From contig PSLL01000010.1 in NCBI GenBank assembly GCA_040289575.1, positions 54,377 to 84,160 of the forward strand: a stretch of 29,784 nucleotides of DNA. Reading direction: 5' to 3'. The DNA is from Candidatus Dadabacteria bacterium (GTDB lineage Bacteria > Desulfobacterota_D > UBA1144 > Nemesobacterales > CSP1-2). Positions 10,162 to 19,559 of the stretch are shown here, piece by piece (within the stretch, counting starts at the first letter, position 1; each line of letters begins with the position of its first letter). Below the pieces are notes generated by a model. That model was not told the DNA's origin. It saw only the letters and a list, made by a program, of their open reading frames with translations, and ran no database searches. Position numbers and translations under genes: made by a program.

Positions 10162-11124
10162 TCATCCCTCTTTTTCTTCCAGCATATTAATTACTATTTT
10201 CATATCCTCTGGAATCTCGGCGCGAAATTCCATGCGCTCTCTCGTCCTGGGGTGCATGAAACAGAGCGATAATGCATGGAGCGCCTGCCTTCCCAGACTC
10301 TTTGAGACCGACTCTAATAAATCGGATTTGTGTCTTTTGGGTCCATAGATCCTGTCGCCTAGAATTGGATAACCGTTTTCAGCAAAATGAACCCTTATCT
10401 GATGCGTTCTTCCAGTCCTGGGCATGGCATCGACCAGGGTTGCATATCTATATCTCTTTATAACCCTCCATAGAGTGAGCGCTTCTTTTCCAGCCCTTGT
10501 CATCATGGACATCCTTATTCTGTCGGTGGGGTGTCGGCCTATTGGAGAGGAAAACGAACCCGATTCCTCTTTAATCCTTCCGGCCACAATGGCTAGATAT
10601 ACCTTTTCAACCCTTCGTGACTTAAATTGATTTACAAGGGATTCGTGCGCGGTGTCGCATTTTGCAACCACCATTATCCCTGATGTGCCTTTATCCAGTC
10701 GGTGTACTATTCCCGGCCTCAGTTTCCCTCCTATTCCGGAAAGACCCCCGCATCTGTAAAGGAGTGCATTTACCAGGGTTCCATCTTCTACCCCCGCGCC
10801 GGGATGGACAACCATGCCCGCAGGCTTATTAACTACGATAATATCATCGTCTTCATAGAGAATAGGAACGGGTATATCCTGGGGTTCAGCCTCCAAGGGC
10901 CGTGGCGGAGGTTGGACTACAGATACACTCTCCCCCCCACTTAGCCTCTTAGAGGGTTTTACGGGCTTTCCCTCTACTAAAATAAGCCCTTCCTCAATCA
11001 GTCTCCTTACCTGAGAGCGTGTAAGATCGGAGATAAGACAAGACAAAGCAATGTCCGTCCTCTTACCTGAGAACTCTGACGGTATATGAAACTCTCGTAT
11101 ATTGCTCTCTCTGTTTGTATTCAT
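10162..11124 (-). CDS. rluD: RluA/RluD family 23S rRNA pseudouridine synthase with S4 domain
   Basis: N-terminal S4 domain, VVNKPAGMVVHP, catalytic RPGIVHRLDKGTSG, TGRTHQIRVH and RQALHA. Its position near pgeF matches the known rluD-yfiH synteny. Confidence 0.92.
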   Translation of the reverse strand: MNTNRESNIREFHIPSEFSGKRTDIALSCLISDLTRSQVRRLIEEGLILVEGKPVKPSKRLSGGESVSVVQPPPRPLEAEPQDIPVPILYEDDDIIVVNKPAGMVVHPGAGVEDGTLVNALLYRCGGLSGIGGKLRPGIVHRLDKGTSGIMVVAKCDTAHESLVNQFKSRRVEKVYLAIVAGRIKEESGSFSSPIGRHPTDRIRMSMMTRAGKEALTLWRVIKRYRYATLVDAMPRTGRTHQIRVHFAENGYPILGDRIYGPKRHKSDLLESVSKSLGRQALHALSLCFMHPRTRERMEFRAEIPEDMKIVINMLEEKEG

Positions 11125-11249
11125 AATTTATGCACCGTCAATCTGCCTAATATCTACTATCGGTTAGGCATTGGCCAATTAACCGACTCAATATTTACCC
11201 AGGCGGGGGATATATACCGAGGTCTGCCCCCAAAGTTGCGATAATAATC

Positions 11250-12371
11250 CTAACTTCCTCTTTTTTTCTTTTCTTCAACCATTCTTCTAGCTGTGGATGT
11301 AACTACCCCGGGGATGTTCCTATTGTTTATAAGTGCCTTAAGGTCTGTGCTCCTTAGATGAGAGATGAGGTTAAGAGATATATGTGGCGGCGTCTTTGGG
11401 TTATTAATTAAAGATACCTTGACCTGATAAATTCTTGCCCACTTGCGGGTTCCTGCAATCTCACAAAGCACCTCCTCGTCAACGGTTCTTGATTGGGCAA
11501 TAAGTATGACTTCCATATCAGTGAGATGCGGATTCCTTAATACGGAGCAGGATACAATCCTGTGCGAGTCACGCACCAGAATAGAACGAGCCTCTCTATT
11601 TCCCAGTATGGCAAGCTTTATCCTTTCCCCTATGTTCATCCGTTTTATCCTGTGAAACAGGCTCTCGCGCCTTTCCTCACTCGGCTCATCAATCTCATTT
11701 GTGAGGTCTTCAGAGAGATAAATTCCGTCTAGGAAGGATTCCTGAATGTCTTCAAGATCAATCTGGGAATCAAATCTATCCTGTGTTCTGGTTTCTGAGT
11801 CTTCAGTAACTCGGTCTGATCTGCTTCCTTCAAAGAGCTCTGCGTTAGGGGAAGAAATCTCTCCTTTTTTATTCAGATAGAGTTGGAAAAAAGAGATCAC
11901 CTTGTCGAGTGTAGAGCGACTTATAGAAGGGTTTTTGCTTAGAGCCTCAACGATGGCTGCCGAACCTAGGATTCGCTGCTGATTATCGGCTATAAGTTCT
12001 ATGAGGGATTGCGCACGAACCGTTTCGGCAAGATAAGCGATTGTGTCATTGCTTGTAGAGCGATTCAATATAATCTTTTGGATTTGGGATTCACTTGTTA
12101 TATTTCTTGCAGCCCAATCTAGAAGCTCAGGTGGAATAGATGTATTAGAGAGCACGGCTGTCATAGCCCCTTCCGGCATGGATTTTAATGATGCCTCGGC
12201 TTCCCTGCTTATTTCCTCATTCGTATCCAGGGTGAGGCTGTAAAGGACAAGGGTGAGGTCTCTTGGGCCAATGGGTATAAGACCGCGTGCCGCCATAAGG
12301 CGCATCTCCTTTGGTAGAGAGGGATCTACGAACTTTCTCAGATAATCAGGAATTTTCTCTAAAAAATTCAT
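11250..12371 (-). CDS. Conserved hypothetical alpha-helical repeat protein (HEAT/LRV-like NP repeats)
   Basis: 373 aa with repeated helical units ending in NP/N-S (LSNTS, ILNRS, SKNPS, LRNPH, INNPKTP) separated by an acidic linker. The C-terminal KLAILGNREARSILVRD block resembles uncharacterised deltaproteobacterial proteins (from memory). Confidence 0.75.
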   Translation of the reverse strand: MNFLEKIPDYLRKFVDPSLPKEMRLMAARGLIPIGPRDLTLVLYSLTLDTNEEISREAEASLKSMPEGAMTAVLSNTSIPPELLDWAARNITSESQIQKIILNRSTSNDTIAYLAETVRAQSLIELIADNQQRILGSAAIVEALSKNPSISRSTLDKVISFFQLYLNKKGEISSPNAELFEGSRSDRVTEDSETRTQDRFDSQIDLEDIQESFLDGIYLSEDLTNEIDEPSEERRESLFHRIKRMNIGERIKLAILGNREARSILVRDSHRIVSCSVLRNPHLTDMEVILIAQSRTVDEEVLCEIAGTRKWARIYQVKVSLINNPKTPPHISLNLISHLRSTDLKALINNRNIPGVVTSTARRMVEEKKKRGS

Positions 12372-12565
12372 ACTGGATTAGAGAGAATATTGAACGGGAC
12401 AGATTGATATTAAACATAGTTGCTCTATCAGTTCTATTTTAAGGAAAAATGAGGAGAAATACAAATTGCTCTCAGTGATTGACAAAATTTGTTATTAATC
12501 TCCTTACGATTTTTAATTATCCCTAAAAAGTTGAGTAATTTAAATAGGCTAGAGATAATCTATTA

Positions 12566-12581
12566 TGGCATGGCTCTTGCA
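12566..12581 (+). promoter_or_regulatory. Sigma-54 (-24/-12) promoter
   Basis: TGGCATGGCTCTTGCA matches the consensus TGGCACG-N4-TTGCW at all but one position, with exact GG-N10-GC spacing. It lies in an AT-rich intergenic region 127 nt upstream of the ORF at 12709. Confidence 0.8.
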
Positions 12582-12708
12582 ATAATATAAAGACTGAATT
12601 TGATTCCAATTTAAGGGTACACAGGTGAGAGAGGCACTGAGGATACAAAGTCGATGTCGGATTCTTTTATATCTTGAATTCAGAAAAGTATGACTTGAGG
12701 AGAGACAG

Positions 12709-13128
12709 ATGAAAAAGGGTGCTGAGAGCTCTGGAGTTGAACACTGCGACTCAGATACAGTTACGCTAAGGTGGAGCGAGGTGCTTAAGAGTGCATTTGA
12801 TTATTACTACAGTAAATACATTCCCGCGTGGGCTTTGAATAAGACTCATTTTAATAACATCGGCGACAAGGTGTTTATCTGGAAACAGGATGGGAAGTGG
12901 GTTAGCTGGGAGGGGGTCGATTTATCAGAGCGTCCGGATATAGTAACCCTATTTGATTTACTCCCCGACCTGCCCGAAGATAGGGAATACTGGGAGATCA
13001 TGCGTGAGCTTGAATGTAGCGGAATCAAAGAACCAGAGGATTATTTCTGGGAAAATATATTCTCCTATAGGCACGCAAGTGAGATCGAAGTTAATAGAAG
13101 AAGATATAGGATTGATTGGGAGGCGTAA
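12709..13128 (+). CDS. Hypothetical protein (139 aa, acidic and Trp/Tyr-rich)
   Basis: GAGGAG Shine-Dalgarno upstream and a sigma-54 promoter in front. No family recognised. Confidence 0.78.
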   Translation: MKKGAESSGVEHCDSDTVTLRWSEVLKSAFDYYYSKYIPAWALNKTHFNNIGDKVFIWKQDGKWVSWEGVDLSERPDIVTLFDLLPDLPEDREYWEIMRELECSGIKEPEDYFWENIFSYRHASEIEVNRRRYRIDWEA

Positions 13129-13217
13129 AATTCCTATTGAATTTCTAAGGGGCTTTTTAGTAAAATAAAGTGGGCTAATCAATGGGGAAGCCAATATTAT
13201 ATCGCAAATAGCCACCA

Positions 13218-15644
13218 ATGGAGACTGTTGCGAAGGTAGTGTTCGAGGAAAACGGGGGATGGTATAGGGATTTATTTGAGAATATACCCGCAGGGGTTTA
13301 TCGTACAACTCCAGATGGTCGAATTCTGATGGCTAATCCCGCATTGATTCGAATGCTTGGATACCGCTCTTTCGAAGAATTAGCTTCCCGTAATTTGGAG
13401 AAGGAAGGGTTTTCTGCCCCTTACATGCGCACTCAATTCAGAGAACTCCTTGAGAAGGAAGGAGAGGTCAGGGGACTTGAGTCTGAGTGGATACGACAGG
13501 ATGGCTCTATAATTTTTGTTCGTGAAAGTGCTAGAGCTATTTGTGCAGAGGATGGAACCATTCTGTATTACGAGGGTATTGTTGAAGACATTACAGAGCG
13601 TAAGTGGGTGGAGAATGCCCTTAAGGAGAATCTCGCGCATTTATCTAAGAAGAATAGGTATGAGACGATTATCAGTACTGTGACACGTAGTGTACATAGG
13701 TCGATTAAGCTGCAAGAGGTTTTAGAGAACGCAGTTGATGCAATGAGCGAGAATATGGGAATAGACAATGTGTTTATCTCATTGGTTGAAGGTCAGGAGG
13801 TGGTTCTCAAGGCATATAGGGGCTATCCTCAATGGTTTATAGAGCGTGTAAGGAGAATCCCATATCCCAAAGGGGTTACATGGAGGGTTATCTTAGAGGG
13901 GAAACCCATGTATTGTCCGGATGCAGAGAATGATGTATTCATTGGTCCTGCTGGCAGAGAAGTAGGAACAAAGAGCTATGTCTCTATGCCTATTTACTCT
14001 GGGGGCAAGACAGTAGGGGTTATAAATATTAATTCTCTGAAGAAGAATGCCTTCGGTGAGGAAGAATTAAAGTTGCTTGAAATCGTGACACAGCAGATTG
14101 AAGTTGCCATTCATAATGCACAGATAGCGGAGGCACTGAGGCAATCAGAGGAGCGATACCGTACTCTCTTTGATCAATCCCCTGTTGGTGTATATATATT
14201 TGATAAAGACTTTAAGATTACACAATGCAACCAGCGCATGGTTCAGATTCTTCAATCTTCCTACGATAAAATCATCGGTCTAGACTTACGCAAACTGAGG
14301 GATCAGAGCTTCATGACCCCGATAGAGAAGGTGTTTGAGGGTCAATCTTGTCACCAAGAGAGTTTCTATGAGGCTACTACCAGTTCAGCAAAGCTATGGC
14401 TATCATTGAGTCTTACTCCTTTGCGTGATATTGATGGGAATGTTATAGGCGGAATGGCCGTATTAGAGGACATCACACAGCGTAAGAAGATGGAAGAGGA
14501 ACTCATAAAGGCTGAGAAGATTGAATCAATAGGAATCCTTGCAGGTGGAATTGCACACGACTTCAATAATCTCCTGACGTCTATTATGGGCAATATATCT
14601 CTTGCAAAGATGTACTCAGATCCTGATGATAAGGTGTATAAAAGATTGGACGAGACCGAGAAGGCGTGTATTCAGGCAAAGAAACTCACACAACAGCTTC
14701 TTACATTCTCCAGGGGTGGGGCCCCTATTAAGAAACTCTGCTCGATTGAGCAAATAATAAGAAGTTCAGTTAATTTTGCACTCAGGGGTTCTAATGTAAA
14801 GTCTGAATTTAGCATAGAGAATAATCTCTGGAATGCAGAGATAGATGAGGGGCAGATAACTCAGGTTATAACTAACCTCGTAATCAATGCAGAGCAGGCA
14901 ATGCCCCAAGGCGGAGTAATAAGGGTTAAGGCAGAGAATATAAGTCTCAGAGAGTCAGTATTCAATGAGAGTAAGGCACCTTTGCCGGCTGGAAGGTATG
15001 TAAAGATAACTGTAGAGGATCAGGGGATTGGAATACCAAAGGAGCATCTTCCAAAGATATTCGACCCGTACTTTACGACAAAACAGGGGGGAAGCGGGCT
15101 TGGGCTTTCAACCGCATACTCGATAATAAAGAACCACAAAGGATACACAGACGTAGAGTCAGAACTTGGCACGGGGTCTAAATTCTACATATATATACCT
15201 GCCTCTGATAAAGAAATCCCAGAAGAATGCGATATAGAGGAGAGGATTACTGCAGTAAAGAGAAGGGTGCTTATTATGGATGATGAGGAGATGATAAGGG
15301 AAATCGTGGGGGAGATGCTCAACCTAATAGGATATGAGTTTGAGTTTGCATCGGATGGGGCTGAGGCTATAGAGATATACAAAAGGGCCAAGGAAGAAAA
15401 TAGGCCATTTGATGCAGTCATATTGGATTTAACCATTCCGGGGGGAATGGGGGGAAGAGAAGCAATAGAGAAGTTGGTGAGCGTAGATCCAGGGATTAGG
15501 GCAATAGTATCAAGCGGGTATTCGGATGATAAGGTGATGTCGGAGTACGAAAAGTATGGATTTAAAGGTGTTCTCTCTAAACCATACACCATAGAGGGGT
15601 TGAGTAAGGCTCTACAGGAAGTGATAAATGGGGGGAAGGGTTAA
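13218..15644 (+). CDS. Cytoplasmic hybrid sensor histidine kinase, PAS-GAF-PAS-HisKA-HATPase-REC
   Basis: Two PAS domains ending in DIT, a GAF domain, H-box LAGGIAHDFNNLL, N-box NLVINAEQAM, DQGIGI, FDPYFTTK, GSGLGL, and a REC domain (DDEE, LDLTIP, SSGY, KPY). No transmembrane segment seen. Confidence 0.95.
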   Translation: METVAKVVFEENGGWYRDLFENIPAGVYRTTPDGRILMANPALIRMLGYRSFEELASRNLEKEGFSAPYMRTQFRELLEKEGEVRGLESEWIRQDGSIIFVRESARAICAEDGTILYYEGIVEDITERKWVENALKENLAHLSKKNRYETIISTVTRSVHRSIKLQEVLENAVDAMSENMGIDNVFISLVEGQEVVLKAYRGYPQWFIERVRRIPYPKGVTWRVILEGKPMYCPDAENDVFIGPAGREVGTKSYVSMPIYSGGKTVGVININSLKKNAFGEEELKLLEIVTQQIEVAIHNAQIAEALRQSEERYRTLFDQSPVGVYIFDKDFKITQCNQRMVQILQSSYDKIIGLDLRKLRDQSFMTPIEKVFEGQSCHQESFYEATTSSAKLWLSLSLTPLRDIDGNVIGGMAVLEDITQRKKMEEELIKAEKIESIGILAGGIAHDFNNLLTSIMGNISLAKMYSDPDDKVYKRLDETEKACIQAKKLTQQLLTFSRGGAPIKKLCSIEQIIRSSVNFALRGSNVKSEFSIENNLWNAEIDEGQITQVITNLVINAEQAMPQGGVIRVKAENISLRESVFNESKAPLPAGRYVKITVEDQGIGIPKEHLPKIFDPYFTTKQGGSGLGLSTAYSIIKNHKGYTDVESELGTGSKFYIYIPASDKEIPEECDIEERITAVKRRVLIMDDEEMIREIVGEMLNLIGYEFEFASDGAEAIEIYKRAKEENRPFDAVILDLTIPGGMGGREAIEKLVSVDPGIRAIVSSGYSDDKVMSEYEKYGFKGVLSKPYTIEGLSKALQEVINGGKG

Positions 15645-15681
15645 TAATTCTCAATAGGCTCTATGCGTTTTTTCTGGACGG

Positions 15682-15690
15682 TGATATAAT
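15682..15690 (+). promoter_or_regulatory. Extended -10 sigma-70 element (TGnTATAAT)
   Basis: TGATATAAT ends 9 nt before the ATG at 15700. Confidence 0.5.
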
Positions 15691-15699
15691 TACGGCGCC

Positions 15700-16320
15700 A
15701 TGAAAAGCCCAAATGCTGCCTCGATTGTGGCTTTTTCCCTACAGATTATCCTCTTTTCCATAATTCCTTTTGTTTGTATCTCTTATGCGGACATGTACTC
15801 ATACATAGATGAAAACGGAGTTCAGCACTATACGAACATTCCGCCTACTGATGGGAGATACAGGCTTAAATGGATAACCAAGAGGACATTTACAAGACCG
15901 ATTGGGGCATATAAATACCCAAAATCCTATGAGGAGGAGATCTCCAGAGCCGCAAAGCAGTACGACATAGACCCCGATCTTGTTAAAGCCGTAATTAAGG
16001 TTGAATCGAACTTTAGCTCGAACGCGGTCTCGCAAAAAGGCGCTCTCGGGATTATGCAGCTTATGCCTGAGACGGCGCGGGACTACAGCGTAGACGACCC
16101 GTTTGACCCGACTGAGAATATAAATGGGGGTACAAAATATCTAAAGGACCTAATGGATATGTTTAACGGAAATCTAAGGCTTGCGCTTGCGGCTTATAAT
16201 GCGGGTCAAAACGCCGTTATAAAATATGGGTTTAAAATTCCTCCTTATACCGAAACTATAGATTATGTCGAGAGGGTTCTCACCCACTACAGCAATTTAA
16301 AGGAGAATAATAAACCGTAG
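15700..16320 (+). CDS. Lytic transglycosylase (SLT domain) with N-terminal signal/TM segment and DUF4124-like domain
   Basis: Hydrophobic N-terminus, YSYIDENGVQHYTN.P, catalytic AVIKVESNF, GALGIMQLMP and LALAAYNAG. Confidence 0.94.
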   Translation: MKSPNAASIVAFSLQIILFSIIPFVCISYADMYSYIDENGVQHYTNIPPTDGRYRLKWITKRTFTRPIGAYKYPKSYEEEISRAAKQYDIDPDLVKAVIKVESNFSSNAVSQKGALGIMQLMPETARDYSVDDPFDPTENINGGTKYLKDLMDMFNGNLRLALAAYNAGQNAVIKYGFKIPPYTETIDYVERVLTHYSNLKENNKP

Positions 16321-16325
16321 GTACA

Positions 16326-16739
16326 TTAAGGATTCTTCTTTTGAAGAAGCTTGCTTGCTACAATTATATTATCGCGCCCAGCTGACTCGGCTATCTTTAC
16401 CGCTTCATCCAGGGTTACTTTTGACGGAAGGGTTGCGAGTTTAAGGAGCATTGGAAGATTTACGCCTGAGATTACTTCGAGTTTCTTTTCTTCTAAGAAT
16501 GTGAGGCTTACGTTAGATGGGGTTCCGCCAAACATATCGGTAATGAGAAGAACGCCTTCCCCTTCATCCACCTTTTTTATGGCGTTCTTAATCTTCTTTG
16601 TGAACGTTTCAAATTCCTCACGCGCATCTAAACACACTCCCTCTATCTTGACTGCGGATTTGTCGGCTACGACAAATTTTACAGCCGAAATAAGCTCATC
16701 TGCCAATCTTCCGTGGGTTACGAGAACGACTCCAACCAT
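16326..16739 (-). CDS. PTS EIIA component, mannose/fructose/sorbose family
   Basis: Motifs VVLVTHG (phospho-His), TDMFGGTPSN and ISGVNLPML. Confidence 0.94.
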   Translation of the reverse strand: MVGVVLVTHGRLADELISAVKFVVADKSAVKIEGVCLDAREEFETFTKKIKNAIKKVDEGEGVLLITDMFGGTPSNVSLTFLEEKKLEVISGVNLPMLLKLATLPSKVTLDEAVKIAESAGRDNIIVASKLLQKKNP

Positions 16740-16747
16740 TATTCACT

Positions 16748-17596
16748 TCAATCTTTCGAAATATCCCTGTGCCGAACGGTAGGAGAAAGGTGTTTGAACC
16801 TCTCCGCAATCTCATTCACTATTACCGTCGACCTGTGCTTCCCGCCTGTGCACCCTATAGCTACAGTGAGATACGATTTACCCTCCTTCTCATATCTGGG
16901 AATCAGGAACTTTAAAAGATCTACCAGCTTTTCAATGAATTTTCTAGTGTCCTCGTTTTTTAACACAAAGTCCTTCACCCTTTTATCTAAACCGGTTAGG
17001 TTTTTTAAACCCTCAATAAAGTGTGGGCTTGGGAGGAATCTCACATCGAGTATCACATCGGCATCATAGGGAAATCCGTACTTGAATCCAAAGGACAGGA
17101 AATTTATGGAAATCCCTCTCGATTTTGTTTTCTCAAAAGTCTCCTGAACCAGCTCCCTCAATTGATGAACGTTTAAGTCCGATGTATCTATTAGATAATC
17201 GGCCAGATTTTTGATTTTAGCGAGCATTTTTCTCTCTTTGTGGATACCACGCAATATGTTTCCGTTTGTAGAGAGCGGATGCTTTCTCCTTGTCTCCTTG
17301 TAACGCTTTACAAGGGCTTGGTCTGAAGATTCTAGAAAAAGAAGCTCTATCTGCCCTTTTTCTTTGAGTTCTGATATTACATCGGGAGCACGTTCAAAAA
17401 ATACCCCCTCTCGCACGTCCATTACAAGAGCCGCTCTCCTTATGCGTTCTGCAGAGTTTTCGCATAGTTCTATGAACGTGGGAATGAGAGTGGGCGGAAG
17501 ATTATCTACGCAAAAATACCCTAGGTCTTCGAGTGCCCTTACAGCTGTGCTTTTCCCAGAGCCAGAAAGGCCGCTTAAGATTATAAGGCGCGTCAT
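16748..17596 (-). CDS. rapZ: RNase adapter / P-loop nucleotide-binding protein RapZ (YhbJ/YvcJ)
   Basis: Motifs GLSGSGKS, CVDNLP, ETRRKHPL, SFGFKYG, DVRFLP and GCTGGKHRS. Confidence 0.96.
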   Translation of the reverse strand: MTRLIILSGLSGSGKSTAVRALEDLGYFCVDNLPPTLIPTFIELCENSAERIRRAALVMDVREGVFFERAPDVISELKEKGQIELLFLESSDQALVKRYKETRRKHPLSTNGNILRGIHKERKMLAKIKNLADYLIDTSDLNVHQLRELVQETFEKTKSRGISINFLSFGFKYGFPYDADVILDVRFLPSPHFIEGLKNLTGLDKRVKDFVLKNEDTRKFIEKLVDLLKFLIPRYEKEGKSYLTVAIGCTGGKHRSTVIVNEIAERFKHLSPTVRHRDISKD

Positions 17597-18552
17597 GATC
17601 TCTCCTTTTTCCCAACACCCCCTCCGATGTAGTTCCCGAGTATTTCCGCCGCAGACATAGTGCTTGATTTTAGAATCTGATTTCTTACAGCAACCTCAAC
17701 AATGGTGGCCGTATTTCTCCCCGGACTTACTGGAATAACGAGAAAAGGGATTTCAACCTCCATAAGGGTGTAGGTTCTCTGGTCGAGTCCGAGCCTATCG
17801 TATTCCATATCCGGGCTCCATTGGGCGAGCTCTATTACCATGTCTATTTCCCTCTTATCCATAACAGAGGCCGTTCCAAACAGGTCTTTTACGTTTATAA
17901 TGCCTACGCCCCGAACCTCCATGAGGTGTCTTATATTCTCCGGTCCGCTCCCTATGAGTCTTGAAGCCCCAATCTTTCTTATCTCGATTACATCGTCCGC
18001 AATGAGTTTAGAACCCTTGAGTATTAAATCAAGCGCGCACTCACTCTTTCCTATTCCGCTTTTCCCAAGTATAAGAACCCCCAGCCCGTGTATATCAACG
18101 AACACCCCATGAACAGTTACAAAGGGAGCAAGCCTTTCCTCAAGCACTGAATTCAGTGTCGAAATAAGCCTGCCCGTATAGAATTCAGTTGTAAATAGGG
18201 GCATCTGTTTCTTTTCACAGGCGGTCTTGAGTATCTCAGGCGGGGTGAGGCCCTTTGATATTATAAAACACGGTACATCCTGAGAAGAGAGGGCATCCGA
18301 AATCCTTTCCTGTTCATTGAAGGGGAGTTTATTGAGGTAAAGAATCTCCGTTCTGCCAAGAATCTGTACTTTTCCATCCTCAAGCATAATATTGGGCTCA
18401 ATCATCCTGAGTCCCGGTTTTTGAACCCTGTCTGATCTGATCTGATGCCAAAGACCACCTCGGCCTGCGATAATCTCTATTCGGAGTTCTTTCCCCCAAG
18501 TGTCATAGAGTTCTCCAACTTCAAGGGGTGCTCCTATCTTAATGCCTTTCAT
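17593..18552 (-). CDS. hprK: HPr(Ser) kinase/phosphorylase
   Basis: Motifs VHGVFV, Walker A GKSGIGKSECALDL, LIADD, MEVRGVGII, YDRLG and PVSPGRN. Confidence 0.96.
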   Translation of the reverse strand: MKGIKIGAPLEVGELYDTWGKELRIEIIAGRGGLWHQIRSDRVQKPGLRMIEPNIMLEDGKVQILGRTEILYLNKLPFNEQERISDALSSQDVPCFIISKGLTPPEILKTACEKKQMPLFTTEFYTGRLISTLNSVLEERLAPFVTVHGVFVDIHGLGVLILGKSGIGKSECALDLILKGSKLIADDVIEIRKIGASRLIGSGPENIRHLMEVRGVGIINVKDLFGTASVMDKREIDMVIELAQWSPDMEYDRLGLDQRTYTLMEVEIPFLVIPVSPGRNTATIVEVAVRNQILKSSTMSAAEILGNYIGGGVGKKERS

Positions 18553-19000
18553 CTTCCTCGACTATTATCTCATATATCTCGCTTTGAGATTTTGCCTCCA
18601 TGATTCGAGAGCGGAAGTCGGGGTCTTTAAAGATTCTGGATATTCTCGCAAGGAGTTTGAGGTGTGCTCCTGCGGAGTTTTCAGGCGCTACAAGGAGTAT
18701 AAATAGGTGAGTGGGTTTCCCATCAAGAGATTCGAAATCAATTCCTTCAAGGCTTCTTCCAAACGCGGTGATTATGTTTCCCAGACCGCTGAGTTTACCA
18801 TGAGGAATTGCAACCCCCGCATCAACGGCCGTGCTGCAGAGTTTTTCCCTTTCCATAAGGACATCAACCAGTCTCTGTGCATTTATGTTTGAATATGAAG
18901 ATGCTACATGTTCGGAGATCTCTTTTATTACTTCTGGTTTGGTTTTTGAATGGAGATTTGAAATCACACATTCTTTCTTTAGAACGTCTGCTAATTTCAT
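18539..19000 (-). CDS. ptsN: PTS EIIA(Ntr)-like nitrogen regulatory protein
   Basis: Motifs EREKLCSTA, GVAIPHGK (phospho-His), GIDFESLDGKP and HLKLLARISR, plus its position in the rpoN operon. Confidence 0.92.
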   Translation of the reverse strand: MKLADVLKKECVISNLHSKTKPEVIKEISEHVASSYSNINAQRLVDVLMEREKLCSTAVDAGVAIPHGKLSGLGNIITAFGRSLEGIDFESLDGKPTHLFILLVAPENSAGAHLKLLARISRIFKDPDFRSRIMEAKSQSEIYEIIVEEDERH

Positions 19001-19004
19001 GCCT

Positions 19005-19559
19005 TTATCGCTCGGGTGCTATTAAGCCGATGCTGTTTCCTTTTTTCTTGTATACGACGTTTACCTCACCGGTTTCGCTGTTTCGAAACACCAAAAAGTC
19101 CTTATCCGATATTTTTAATTGCAAAACGGCTTCTTCAATTGACATAGGTTTTGACGGCGCCCTTTCGACCTTAATGTTTTGGTTTTCCTCTTCGCTTGCG
19201 GGCCTTAGGGTTTGAGATTCAATCTGCGGTGTTGGCTTTACATCGATGCCCCTTTTTGTTTTAATCCTCTTTTCAGTCTGCCTCTTTAGCTGTTTTATTA
19301 TGCTGCCAATTGCTTCATCAATTGCGATATACATATCCTCGGCTTCAACGGATGAGGTGGCTTTAAGGGAGCCGCCACTATTTACCAGTATCTCAGCCGT
19401 ATTTCTGAATTTCTCAACAGTGAGAATAGCCTTTACCTCCCAGGGATTTCTTCTAGATCTGGCGTATCGCTCTAATTTTTTTATCTTCTTCGATATATAT
19501 TTTTTCAGATCCTCAGCCTTGTTTTGGTCTATGTGCCTTGTGGTTACTGTAATCTGCAT
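19005..19559 (-). CDS. hpf: Ribosome hibernation promoting factor, long form (RaiA/HPF)
   Basis: N-terminal MQITVTTRH...DMYIAID domain and C-terminal KPMSIEEAVLQL...FLVFRN..VNVVY domain; directly downstream of rpoN. Confidence 0.94.
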   Translation of the reverse strand: MQITVTTRHIDQNKAEDLKKYISKKIKKLERYARSRRNPWEVKAILTVEKFRNTAEILVNSGGSLKATSSVEAEDMYIAIDEAIGSIIKQLKRQTEKRIKTKRGIDVKPTPQIESQTLRPASEEENQNIKVERAPSKPMSIEEAVLQLKISDKDFLVFRNSETGEVNVVYKKKGNSIGLIAPER

